Origin: Opitutales bacterium
GTDB taxonomy: Bacteria > Verrucomicrobiota > Verrucomicrobiia > Opitutales > UBA2987
Length of the DNA: 64,000 bases
NCBI GenBank assembly: GCA_965226885.1
Contig: CBDDEL010000016.1
Location: 256,001 to 320,000, forward strand
Direction of reading: 5' to 3'
The notes below the pieces were generated by a model. It did not search any database and was not told the origin of the DNA. It saw only the letters and a list, made by a program, of their open reading frames with translations. Below, in pieces: positions 34,555-44,907 of the stretch. How positions within the stretch are numbered: the stretch's first letter is position 1; every line of letters starts with the position of its first letter. The position numbers and the translations under genes are program-made.

Positions 34555-35565
34555 ATGAATAAAATTCTCGCTATCCGGTTCAAGTATTTGGGGGACGTGG
34601 CGGTCACCATTCCGGCCCTGCGGGCGATTGTGGAAAAGCTGCCCAATGCGGAACTTCATGTGGTGGTGGCCGAGGAGGCTGTGCCCCTTTTGCGGCATCT
34701 CCCCTGGATTGACCGGTTGTGGGCCTTCCCGCGCGCGAGGGGGAAAGCCCGGTTGCGGCGCTCCCTGCCCCTCATTCGGGAATTGCGCCGGGAGCGTTTC
34801 GATATTTCCATAGATTTTTCGGGCAATGACCGGGGCGCCATTTTAAGCCTGCTGGCGGGCTCCAAACTACGGGTCGGCCCCATCGCGCCAAGAGGGTTTT
34901 TTGGCAGGAAGCATTGTTATCACCGGCCGGTTGAGGAATTGCCCTATTATCATCATGAACTGATTCGCAATTTTCACCTGGTCACTTTCTTGGGCATTGC
35001 ATCCCCGGAAAAACCGCAATTGGAAATGCGCTCCGATCCCACCCTGGCGGAGAAAGCGCAAGCGCTGCTGGGCGATCATGAATACATCTGCCACCTTTCC
35101 ACCAGCCGCGAAAAGAAGGAGTGGCCGCTGGACAACTGGATTCAATTATTCCACAAAGCCGCTGCCACCGGCGCCAAGCTCATATTTTCCAGCGGTCCGG
35201 CCGAACGCGAGCAATCCCTGCTCAAGAACCTTTTGGGAATGGACCCTTCATTGCCGGTCCTTCCGCTCACTGAGTCCCTCGATTTGTTTCTGGCCGTTTT
35301 GAATAAAGCCAGGGGATTTATTTCGGGAGACACCGGCCCGCTGCATTTCGCCGCCGGATTGGGAGTTCCCACCATCGGCATGTTCGGCCCTACCGACAGT
35401 GGACGCTGGGCCCCGCCCGGCCTCATCCATCAAAGTGTGCAAGGCGGGTTCTGCCCTTGCAGCGGGCACGCCTCCACTTGCCGGTATGAAAAACCATGCA
35501 TAGAAAAAATCATCCCGGATCAAATCTTTGAATGCTTCCAGAAAATGAGGAGCGTGGAAGAATAG
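34555..35565 (+). CDS. GT9 glycosyltransferase (heptosyltransferase-like)
   Basis: KILAIRFKYLGDV, K.WP, DTGPLHFAAGLGVPTIGMFGPT. Confidence 0.9.
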   Translation: MNKILAIRFKYLGDVAVTIPALRAIVEKLPNAELHVVVAEEAVPLLRHLPWIDRLWAFPRARGKARLRRSLPLIRELRRERFDISIDFSGNDRGAILSLLAGSKLRVGPIAPRGFFGRKHCYHRPVEELPYYHHELIRNFHLVTFLGIASPEKPQLEMRSDPTLAEKAQALLGDHEYICHLSTSREKKEWPLDNWIQLFHKAAATGAKLIFSSGPAEREQSLLKNLLGMDPSLPVLPLTESLDLFLAVLNKARGFISGDTGPLHFAAGLGVPTIGMFGPTDSGRWAPPGLIHQSVQGGFCPCSGHASTCRYEKPCIEKIIPDQIFECFQKMRSVEE

Positions 35566-35587
35566 GGCCTGTAAACACTTTCTAAAC

Positions 35588-36430
35588 TTGCTACTGGAAC
35601 TCTCACCTTTTCTTCAGAAAAATCTGCCCCATGGAGTGGATCAGTTTGACCGTTTGATGGAGTGGCCGGGCGAAATTTTCAGGCAGTTGGCCAACCGGCG
35701 AACGTTACGATTCGAAATCGGGAACAGGTCTTTTTTTCTAAAGGCCCACCGGGGTGTTGGCTGGGGGGAAATTTTTAAAAGCCTGTTAAACTTAAATCTG
35801 CCTGTGACAAGTGCCCGCAATGAATACGAAGCCATCAAAGCGGTGCAGAAAACGGGTGTGGCCACGCTGCAAATTGCCGGATTCGGCATTCGCGGGCTCA
35901 ATCCGGCGGCCCGGGAATCATTCCTCATCACGGAGGAACTGAAAAACAAAATCAAGCTGGCCCATATCGAGGAACATTGGATTCATCTGCCTAAAGAGCA
36001 AATTTTCCTCATTCGCTCAATCCTACTCAAGGAGGCGGCCGTGCTGGCTTCAAAAATTCACCGTCACGGCCTCAATCATCGGGATTTTTATCTGGACCAC
36101 CTAATGGTCGAAAACCGCGATTGGGCCGAGTGCCGGAATGGAGAACCTATAACGCTCCACCTCATCGACCTGCATCGTATGCAGAAAAGGGGTAAAGTCC
36201 CCCGGCGCTGGCTGATAAAGGATCTGGGAGGCCTGCTTTTTTCCGCCATGCACCTGGAATTGACGACTGCGGAACTGGCCCTGTTTATCAGGTATTACAG
36301 CGGTCGCCCGGCGGGCCGCGAACTGAAGGCAAACCCCTTATTCTGGAAAAAAGTCCTGCTCAGGGCCATCCGCATGTATAAAAAACATTACGGGAAAACC
36401 CCGCCCTTGCCTCCTCAATTCAAACCCTGA
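35588..36430 (+). CDS. waaP: LPS core heptose kinase, RfaP/WaaP-like
   Basis: RRTLRF, FLK.H.GVGW.EI.K, NPA..ESFLITEEL, NHRDFY..H, IDLHR, KDL. Confidence 0.85.
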   Translation: MLLELSPFLQKNLPHGVDQFDRLMEWPGEIFRQLANRRTLRFEIGNRSFFLKAHRGVGWGEIFKSLLNLNLPVTSARNEYEAIKAVQKTGVATLQIAGFGIRGLNPAARESFLITEELKNKIKLAHIEEHWIHLPKEQIFLIRSILLKEAAVLASKIHRHGLNHRDFYLDHLMVENRDWAECRNGEPITLHLIDLHRMQKRGKVPRRWLIKDLGGLLFSAMHLELTTAELALFIRYYSGRPAGRELKANPLFWKKVLLRAIRMYKKHYGKTPPLPPQFKP

Positions 36431-36492
36431 AACAAGATCGCGGAGGTCACGGAGAAATATAGTGAATCAGTTTTGGCGGCGCCTCCGGGCAA

Positions 36493-36540
36493 TTTGTCAA
36501 ACTGCGGGTTCCATTGTTTGTCAAACTGCGGGTTCCATTG
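36493..36540. repeat. exact 24-bp tandem duplication
   Basis: TTTGTCAAACTGCGGGTTCCATTG x2, upstream of the amidohydrolase. Confidence 0.9.
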
Positions 36541-36575
36541 TTGTAATACTGGTTTAAACTGTTAACTATAGGCTT

Positions 36576-37940
36576 ATGCTTAAATTCATCGGATTGGAAA
36601 AGGGGCTGGTATTTTTTAAAAAAATCTCGGTGGGCTTGCTGGCCGCTTTTGTTTTTGGCGGCGGGCTGCAAGCCGGTGGGGTGAAAGACCTCGTGCGTGA
36701 GCGGGTGGATGCCGAATACGCCAGCCTGGAAACTCTTTACAAACATTTTCATACCCATCCGGAACTATCCAACCAGGAGACGGAATCGGCCAAACGAATT
36801 GCCAGCGAGTTGCGCAAGGCTGGTTACGAAGTTACGGAGGGCTTTGCCGGGACCGGCCTGGTGGCTATTTTGCAAAACGGGGAAGGCCCTACCGTACTCT
36901 TGCGCGCCGACATGGATGGATTGCCCGTGCGTGAGCAAACCGGTCTGGATTACGCCAGCACGATAAAAAGGATGGACCCGGACGGAAACGAAGTTTACGC
37001 CATGCACGCTTGCGGTCATGACGTGCACATGACGGTGTTGGTGGGGGCCGCGCGGGTGCTTTCCTCCCTCCGGGATCACTGGCAGGGGACGCTGGTTTTA
37101 ATCGGCCAGCCAGCGGAAGAAATCGGGCAAGGCGCCAAGGCCATGCTTAAAGCGGGTATATTTGAAAAATTTCCAGTGCCCGATTACGCCTTTGCCTTTC
37201 ATGTAAATGCCAGCCAGCCAGCGGGAAAAATCGGCTATGTGAGCGGGTACGCCCTGGCTAATGTCGATTCCATGGACATTTATGTCAAAGGCGTCGGGGG
37301 CCACGGAGCCTGGCCGCATGCAACGAAGGATCCGATAGTATTGGCCAGCCGGATTGTGACCTCCCTGCAGACCATTGTCAGCCGGGAGACCTCGCCCCTG
37401 GACTCCGTGGTTGTGACAGTGGGGTCCATTCATGGCGGAACGAAGCACAACGTCATCCCCGACGAGGTGCATTTGCAGTTAACCATCCGTACTTACTCCG
37501 ATAAGTCCAGGACTAGCACCATCGCAGCCATTCGCCGTATCGTGGAGGGGCAGGCCCTGGCGGCGGGTTTGCCCAAAGACCTTTATCCCGAAGCCGTCCT
37601 CATGGATCAATACACCCCAGCCCTCTATAACGACCCCGAACTGGCCGGTCGGCTGGCCGGAACTTTGACTAACTGGATAGGGGAAGGCAATGTGGTTGCG
37701 GTGGATCCGGTTATGGGCGGGGAAGATTTTGGTCGATACGGGAGAACCGAACATGAGGTGCCCATCAACCTGTTTTGGCTGGGCGCCGTCGAACCGGATA
37801 AATGGCGGCAGAGCCAGGAGCAGGGAACCGCCCTGCCCTCCCTGCACTCATCCCTTTTTGCCCCGTTGCCCGAGCCCACCATCCGCACGGGCGTTATAGG
37901 CATGGCCGCGGTTGTCCTGGATTTGGCTCCACCTCGTTAA
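36576..37940 (+). CDS. M20D-family amidohydrolase with signal peptide
   Basis: H.HPELS..E, LRADMDGLP, MHACGHDVH, QPAEE, GGHGAWPH, GEDF. Confidence 0.92.
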   Translation: MLKFIGLEKGLVFFKKISVGLLAAFVFGGGLQAGGVKDLVRERVDAEYASLETLYKHFHTHPELSNQETESAKRIASELRKAGYEVTEGFAGTGLVAILQNGEGPTVLLRADMDGLPVREQTGLDYASTIKRMDPDGNEVYAMHACGHDVHMTVLVGAARVLSSLRDHWQGTLVLIGQPAEEIGQGAKAMLKAGIFEKFPVPDYAFAFHVNASQPAGKIGYVSGYALANVDSMDIYVKGVGGHGAWPHATKDPIVLASRIVTSLQTIVSRETSPLDSVVVTVGSIHGGTKHNVIPDEVHLQLTIRTYSDKSRTSTIAAIRRIVEGQALAAGLPKDLYPEAVLMDQYTPALYNDPELAGRLAGTLTNWIGEGNVVAVDPVMGGEDFGRYGRTEHEVPINLFWLGAVEPDKWRQSQEQGTALPSLHSSLFAPLPEPTIRTGVIGMAAVVLDLAPPR

Positions 37941-38053
37941 TTGCGCGCTTTTCCATTCAGGTCGATGTTGATTTAGCGGGCTTTTATTGCTGGTTTTAAT
38001 AAATTTCTGTGGTAACCTTTTTCCTGAACCTACCTGAATAAACTTTCTGCGAT

Positions 38054-38512
38054 ATGAGTTCAGATGTCCTCGAGTCAACCCATGGGGAACCGATATGGCA
38101 GCTTTCCGTTTTTGCCGACAACAAGGTGGGCCGGCTTAACGACCTGCTCAAGCTGTTAAGTGCCCATGATTTACATGTCATGGCTTTGAGTACGCAGGAT
38201 ACCACCGATAGCACCATTATCCGCCTTGTCCTTGATTATCCAATAAATGCGCGAAGCCTGCTGAAAGAAAAAGGGTATTTTTTCACCCAATGTCAGGTTG
38301 TGGGGGTGGAGTTCGATAGTGAATCGAAAATCAAAGAGATCACGGCAGCCCTCTTGCAAGCGGAGATCAATATCTACTACGTCTATCCCTTTATCATGCG
38401 CCCTAATGGGAAGTGCGCGCTCGTCATCAGCCTGGAAGATATCGATATGGCATCCGATGTCCTTCAAGAGTATCAATTCAAGGTGCTCAGCCAGTCCGAT
38501 ATTACGCGCTGA
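38054..38512 (+). CDS. tandem ACT-domain protein
   Basis: QLSVF..NK.GRL..L, IRLV.D, L....INI.Y.Y pattern. Confidence 0.75.
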   Translation: MSSDVLESTHGEPIWQLSVFADNKVGRLNDLLKLLSAHDLHVMALSTQDTTDSTIIRLVLDYPINARSLLKEKGYFFTQCQVVGVEFDSESKIKEITAALLQAEINIYYVYPFIMRPNGKCALVISLEDIDMASDVLQEYQFKVLSQSDITR

Positions 38513-39131
38513 TCTAAATCAAGCTATTTGCTTGTCATCACGAAAACCCCGTCCCAGTCCTCACCCGGCGGGTTGGCTTTCATGCTCACAGTTCTCTCTA
38601 TAAAGACAACCGAGGGGGTGGTTGGGGCGTAAGGATTTAATTCGGGCCGGTTGGGTTCCAGCCGGGACGCCTCTTCAAAAAGTTCGATCGCTTTGTCCCA
38701 ATTTTGCGCAAGGTAGTTTTTCATCGCTTCATCGTAAACACCCAGGCACTGGAAGGCTTCTTCGCTCATATCTTCACGTAAACCCATGATCTCGTGCATT
38801 TCCGCTGGCTGGGTGCGGCCTTTGACGATAATTTTATCCAGGAAACGAAAAACGCAAGCATCGCCAAACTTTTCCGCCTCCTCTTTGGTTTCCCCCGTTA
38901 CCATGGTGTAAACGCCATAGGCTTTGGCTCCGCTTTCGCAGCGGGCGGCCAGGTTCACGGTGTCCCCCATCATGGTGTAGTTGAAGCGTTTTTCCGAGCC
39001 CATGTTGCCGACCGTGGCAGGCCCCGTGTTGACGCCCATGCGGGTTTGCATCTGGCTCACGATGGGCGGCCATTTGTCCCCCTCGGTCTTCCATTTTTCC
39101 CTCAGCTCGACCTGCATTTTCTGCATCAGTT

Positions 39132-39151
39132 GGGAAGACACGGGAAGACAC
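39132..39151. repeat. 10-bp tandem duplication causing a frameshift
   Basis: GGGAAGACAC x2; removing one copy restores KACVSSQLMQ. Confidence 0.9.
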
Positions 39152-40269
39152 GCAAGCCTTCAGGGCATGGTCCTTCAATTCCACCGGAGCATTAAAAATA
39201 CCCACGATGGCATCGCCGATGTATTTGTCCACATAACAACCCTCGTCCATCAGAATATCGGTCATAGCGGTGAGGTATTCATTCATCAGGTCAACGAGTT
39301 GTTCGGGGCTCAGTTTTTCGGAAAATGCGGAGAAGCTTTGCACGTCGCTGAAATAGGCGGAGACTTCCGCCGTTTTTCCGCCCAACTGGGGCTCATCGCC
39401 CGATTCGATCATGCTGGTGACCAGTTCCGGCGACAGATAGGTGCCGAACATGCCTTTAATGCGGCCCTTCTGCTTTTCTTCGATCAGCAGTTGCACCATG
39501 GCGCCGATGAGGCTGGCGGATATGGCGGAACCGAAAGGGGTAATCAATGGTATGACGCGGTGATATTCCGTGAATTGCCAGAAAACAATAAAAACGTAGC
39601 CGAGGAGGAAAAGGCCGCCCCCCAATTTTGCGGTGGTGCCGCTCTTTCCCGTTGTGGTAACCATCATAGCCACCAGGACGGTCAGCAAAAAAGTCAGCGC
39701 AATTTTTACCCACCGGGGCATCCTCTGGATATAGAGCCCTGAAAAAATCGTTTTGACCACATTGCCGTGCACCCCGACCTTGGGCACCGGGCTGTCGTCA
39801 AAGGGGCTTGGAGCAATGTCCTGCAAGAGGGGATCGGTCGGGCCTATCATTACGATGGCATCGTTGAAATCCGAGAAAAATCTCTCCGCCTCGGCCTTTT
39901 GTTCTTCATCACCCTCGCTTAACAAGGCGAAAGCCTGGGCTACCGTGAACATGCCGTAACGGGTATTCTTTTCGGAATACCATTTGGAGAAATAATTCAC
40001 CTCCAGCATCTGCTTTTCCCACACTGGAATATTGATGAGAATATTGCCTTCCCCATCCACCATTTCAATACGGTCGTCATAGCGTTTAATCGAATCAGTG
40101 GGCAAACCGTAGCTCGCTCGCGCCAGTTGCAGGGCAATCTGGTAATAGGTCAGAGTTTTGCTGAAGGGACCGGCGTCGAGGTAAGTTTCGGCAAACATAG
40201 GCACCCAGCGAGGGATTTGCCCTCCGCTCAGGTTGACGTCCACATTGATCAGTCCCATCTGCTCGATAT

Positions 40270-41597
40270 TGATGTGCACTGGAAAAAGTGGACACGAGAT
40301 TCTCCTAAATGGAGAATCGAAGCATGGGAAGAAGACGCTTTAGTATAGAGTTCAAAAATGAGGCAGTTCAACTGATGATACTCGATGGTCTGAGCGCCAC
40401 CGAGGTATCGACCAAACTTGGGGTCAACACCAACCAATTGTATAGGTGGAAGAGGCTCTATCTGGACGATCAGCAGGGCGAAGCCACCTCAAAGCGACAG
40501 AGCAGTCCGAAGGAGATGGCGGCCGAGATAGATCGTCTTCGCAAAGAGCTGCGCCGCTCGGAGCGGATCAACCAGATACTAAAAAAAACGGTGGGCTACT
40601 TTGCCAAGGACGAACAATGAAGTACCAGTTTGTCAAAGACAACGAGGGGCGCTTCAAGATCGAGGAAATATGCTCGGCGATGGGGATTTGTCGCAGTGGC
40701 TATTACTGCTGGAGGCACCGAGCGCCCTCGGCCCGGCGGATCGAGGACGAGGGAATCAAGGGGGCGATCCTGAAGGTACACAAAGAGGCCAAGGGCCGCT
40801 ATGGGCATCGGCCAATGCACCGCCATCTGAAGGATGATGAGGGCATCGATTGCGGCCGTGACCGGGCTCTGCGTCTGATGCGTGAAATGGGAATCAAAAG
40901 CACCCAGAGTAAACGCTTTAAGCCATTAAAAACCAACAGTAACCATCCCTATGGTTACAGCCCCAATGTGCTTAAAAAGCATGGCCAGCCGACCCATATC
41001 GACGAGGTCTGGGTGGCGGACACGACCTACCTACGGACCCTGGCCGGTTGGATGTACTTGGCCACGGTGATGGACCTGTTCAGCCGACGCCTGCTGGGCT
41101 GGAGCGTTTCCAACCACAACGACGCGAAGCTGGTTGGCAAGGCCCTCAAAGCCGCGGCCATGACCCGCGGCACACTGCGCACCGGGATTATTCATCACAG
41201 CGATCGGGGCAGCCCCTACGCCAGCGACGACTATCAGAGGCTGGTCTCTGAACTAGGCATGAAGCCGAGCATGAGCGCCCAAGGCAACTGCTACGACAAC
41301 GCGGCCATGGAATCGTTCTACGGCCGCTTCAAGACCAGCACGATTCGAGGCCGCCACTTTGCCGACGAGCGCGAACTGCGATCAACTGTCTTCGAATACG
41401 TGGAAATCTTCTACAACCGATATCGCAAACATTCCTCTCTGAGTTACCAAAGCCCAGTCCAATTCGAGGAAAATATTTGCCCCCCATGGGGGGCAACGAG
41501 AAAACAAAACCCTTTACCAAAACAAGCCGCCTGACACACTAATCAATAAACAATGAATATAAGAGAATCCCGTGTCCAACAAATCCAGTACACGTCA
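40270..41597 (+). mobile_element. IS3-family element, copy 1 (1328 bp)
   Basis: TG...CA ends; 35-bp imperfect IRs; ATAT TSD; orfA/orfB in -1 phase. Confidence 0.93.
40309..41534 (+). CDS. IS3 transposase OrfA (to 40620) / OrfB (40617-41534)
   Basis: HTH in OrfA; W..DTTY, HHSDRGS.Y, GNCYDNA.MESF DDE motifs; A8 slippery run. Confidence 0.9.
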
Positions 41598-41818
41598 ATA
41601 TCGACAAACCTGGGGTGAGGCGTTTCCGGAAGATCATTCGTTTTCAAGTCGTAGCGATCCCCCATCAGATAAATAAGCGGCACCTCGTCGCCTTCCGAAT
41701 AAGCGGTGGCCAGGATTATGTTGGGGTAGTAGCGGGTAACATTGGCAAATTCCTGCACATCCATATCAACCAATTCCTGCGGAACCAGGATAGAGGCGGC
41801 GAATTTCGACATGACTAA

Positions 41819-43385
41819 CCCGGATATTTCGTAAAAAAAGTATCGTTGATATGCTTAACTGCTGATATACAGCAGGATAGATCAATAATTAAAGCAATAT
41901 CAGCGATGACAAAAGGTAAACAATTAAAGCTACAGTTGACAAGGGTAAAAGGCCGCCGTGTGCGGGTTGATTTCAAGGGCGGAGAGGTTACTTCGGATGC
42001 CGGACTGCTTTTGATTCGGGAAGTGGATCGGCAGTTGGGCTTGACCGAACGAGCGGCCCGACAGTTAGTGGACAAACGGCAGAAGGGCAAAGTACGCCAT
42101 GAGGTATTGGGGATGCTGCGGCAGCGCGTTTACGGGCTGGTGGCGGGCTATGAGGATTTGAACGACTTTGATACCCTGCGCCACGATCCATTGTTGCAAA
42201 CGGTAACGGGGCGCATTGAAACGTTGGCCAGCGCGCCGACTTTGTGTCGTTTTGAAAACGGGCAGGATCGGCGGGCGGCCTTTGCGGTAAACGAGCTGTT
42301 GGTCGAACAGTTCATGGGCTCCTTTGCCGAGGAACCCGAAGAGATCATCCTGGACTTTGACGCCACCGACAATCCGGTGCACGGGCTCCAGGAGGGACGT
42401 TTTTTCCACGGTTATTATGATCATTACTGTTTTCTGCCGCTATATGTTTTTTGCGGTGATCAGCTGCTGGTGGCCTACCTGCGGCCGAGCAAGATCGATG
42501 CCAGCAAGCATGCCGGGGCCATCCTCAAATTGCTGGTTAAACGGATTCGCCAAAGCTGGCCCCGTAAGCGGATTATTTGGCGCGCCGACAGTGGATTTTG
42601 TCGAGACCGGATACTCTCTTGGTGCGACCGCAACGAAGTTAGTTACATCGTGGGGATGGCTCGCAATGCACGCTTGCAGCAAGACGCCCAGCAGTTGCAA
42701 AAGCAGGCCAAAGAATGGTTCGAACTAAGGGGTAAAAAACAACGGTTATTCCAGGACTTCGTCTATGCTGCCGATTCGTGGCGATGGCTGCGGTTGGTCA
42801 TCCATAAAGCCGAACACACCGCACAGGGGTCCAACCCGCGCTTCGTGGTGACGAACCTGCCGGGCGATCCCCAGGAGCTTTACGACAAGGTATACTGTGG
42901 CCGCGGTGAAATGGAGAACCGCATCAAGGAACAGATGCAATTGTTCAGCGAGCGCACCAGCGCCCATCAATGGTTGGCCAATCAGTGGCGATTGCTCTTG
43001 TCGGCGCTGGCCTACACCTTGATGGAAGCCATGCGCCGGTTAGCCTTAAAAGGGACGAAGTGGGCGCGGGCCCAATGGCACACCCTGCGGCTCAAATTAA
43101 TCAAGATCGGAGCGGTCATCGTGCGCAACACCCGAACGATTCACTTTCACCTAAGTGAGAGTTATCCTTGGGCCAGTCTTTTCAACCATGCGCCCCGCCG
43201 ATTGGTGCCAACCTAAAGGGTGCATTGGTGCTGCCCCCGGCACTACCGAACCAATGGGGGAAAGGGGGCAGTGTCTCTACACCCTGAAAAACACCTAAAA
43301 ATCAAGACGATCTGCTCAAAATACAAAGAAATCCATCTCCAATAGCAATAACGAGCCAAACTTTACCCTTCATGAATTATCCGGG
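41819..43385 (+). mobile_element. IS1380-family element, copy 1 (1567 bp)
   Basis: IRs CCCGGATA(T/A)TTC; CTAA TSD. Confidence 0.92.
41906..43216 (+). CDS. IS1380-family transposase
   Basis: F.GG.VTSDAG, GYEDLND, LDFDATD..VHG.QEG, RADSGF, RGEMENRIKE. Confidence 0.92.
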   Translation: MTKGKQLKLQLTRVKGRRVRVDFKGGEVTSDAGLLLIREVDRQLGLTERAARQLVDKRQKGKVRHEVLGMLRQRVYGLVAGYEDLNDFDTLRHDPLLQTVTGRIETLASAPTLCRFENGQDRRAAFAVNELLVEQFMGSFAEEPEEIILDFDATDNPVHGLQEGRFFHGYYDHYCFLPLYVFCGDQLLVAYLRPSKIDASKHAGAILKLLVKRIRQSWPRKRIIWRADSGFCRDRILSWCDRNEVSYIVGMARNARLQQDAQQLQKQAKEWFELRGKKQRLFQDFVYAADSWRWLRLVIHKAEHTAQGSNPRFVVTNLPGDPQELYDKVYCGRGEMENRIKEQMQLFSERTSAHQWLANQWRLLLSALAYTLMEAMRRLALKGTKWARAQWHTLRLKLIKIGAVIVRNTRTIHFHLSESYPWASLFNHAPRRLVPT

Positions 43386-43849
43386 CTAAATCGAATCCGA
43401 CTGCCTTGGCTTTGCCGAAATAAAGAAGAATTTCCGCAATCTTTCCAAATTCCGACCTTGGCCAGGGTTTCTCACCCGTATATTTGCGAAAGGCCTCCGC
43501 ATCCAGATCGACATAGATGAGCTTGACCGGGGCGTCGATTTCTCCCCGCACTCGGAATCGCCAGTCCATGGCCTTGTTCTCCAAAAAATTAAGAAACCCG
43601 AAATGCCATAGAACCAGCCATATCGCCGGGATCGGTAAAATGAGCAGCAATCGCTTTAAAATATCTGACCAACCCTTAAGCATCGTCTTTCACACAGGTT
43701 CGACCTGTCATGCAAAAAAAGAATTGTCGTCGGCAAAGAACAAAAAAGCAATCCCGGAACTCAAAGAAACCGCTTCGAACGACAAGCCGTTAGAAAATCC
43801 GGAAACTTGCCCTAACAGCTTTCGGAAAATGTTGGCCTACAAGTCCAGG

Positions 43850-44887
43850 CTAACCTGGGACCTGTGAGAAATTATCAAGTGCCCCCAAGTGTATTGGTGG
43901 GATTGATATCCTGCGGATTATCCGGCAGAGGGGGGGCGGTGTCGGCGGACCTGGACCACCTGGATCGCCTGGATCGCCTGGATCGCCTGGATCGCCTGGA
44001 TCGCCTGGATCACCCGGATCGGGATCAGGATCGGGATCAGGCTCCCCGTCGCCATCGTCTCCATCGTCTCCGTCGTCGCCATCGTCGTCGCCATCGTCGT
44101 CGTCACCATCGTCGTCTCCTTCGTCGCCACCCTCCTGCACATCTTCTAAGGCGTCATTGGCTTCCTTGACGAGTTCGGCGACTTCAGCGGCAATTTCCGG
44201 GATCAGGGTTTCCACTCCGGATACTTCGATTCCGATCAGTGCTCCATCATCGTCGAGTGTAACAGTGATGGAGATTTGAGAGTCATCTCCAATGGATGGA
44301 GGGATCTGGGTGATATCGGCTCCTGTCGGGGTGAATACGGCTGACCCCTGGAGGACAGCGATAATGGCATCGAATTTACCGGGGGCGATCTCCTGCAATT
44401 GCACATACCAGTCGGTGCCGCGGATTCCGGCTATGCCGACCGGGGTTTCGACTTCATAGGTGGAGCGTGCCTGCAGCCTCTTGGTGCTTCCGATAATTTT
44501 GCCGTAATCGAGTTTAAGGCGAGTTGTGGATACGCTGGGCTCTCGCCGCAGTTGGCTAATCAGGCCCGTTTCGGTGTGGGGTTCCTGCGTAAACTGGGCT
44601 ACCTGCAGCTTGCTGTTTTCCGCGACCGTAACGCTGGAACCGCTGGTAAAAAGCAATATAACGCTGGAGTCGGCGCCCGTTTCAACGGTGTAGTTTTGCG
44701 TTATTTGGGTCCCGTTGACTCCCGGGGCGGATTCGCCGGTGGCGTCATTGGTAACCGTCACGCTTCCCTCCACATTGGCAAGGACGATTAGGTTGATGGT
44801 CTGCGAGAAGACTTGGGCAGGCAGGGCCAATAACAAGGTGATAAAAAATATCGCCGTCGGCATCGGCAGAGAACGAATTGAGGGCAT
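43850..44887 (-). CDS. exported FecR-domain protein with Asp/Gly and Pro-Gly-Asp low-complexity tail
   Basis: Signal peptide; V.TG.DSS..L, V.TPVGIAGIRGT FecR motif; C-terminal frame uncertain at the G7 run 43930-43936. Confidence 0.8.
   Translation of the reverse strand: MPSIRSLPMPTAIFFITLLLALPAQVFSQTINLIVLANVEGSVTVTNDATGESAPGVNGTQITQNYTVETGADSSVILLFTSGSSVTVAENSKLQVAQFTQEPHTETGLISQLRREPSVSTTRLKLDYGKIIGSTKRLQARSTYEVETPVGIAGIRGTDWYVQLQEIAPGKFDAIIAVLQGSAVFTPTGADITQIPPSIGDDSQISITVTLDDDGALIGIEVSGVETLIPEIAAEVAELVKEANDALEDVQEGGDEGDDDGDDDDGDDDGDDGDDGDDGDGEPDPDPDPDPGDPGDPGDPGDPGDPGDPGGPGPPTPPPLCRIIRRISIPPIHLGALDNFSQVPG
43959..44130. repeat. coding tandem repeats: CCTGGATCG x5 plus variants (PGD), then DP and GDD repeats
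   Basis: Directly visible 9-bp and 6-bp periodicities. Confidence 0.9.
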
Positions 44888-44907
44888 CTAAAATACTTTG
44901 GTTAAAT

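Larger units (their letters stand above)
38524..43683 (-). pseudogene. CHASE2-domain membrane adenylate cyclase (748 aa reconstructed), broken by IS1380, IS3 and a 10-bp duplication
   Basis: LE....DWRFR.RG, PWPRS, AVGFD (CHASE2); three TM segments; FSDVQSFS, DKYIGDA, YTMMGDTVNLAARCE; all junctions restore the frame. Confidence 0.9.

Noticed and set aside
43959..44130. Short periodic repeats as a possible CRISPR array
   Set aside because: Spacer-less 6-9 bp coding repeats; no cas genes in the window.
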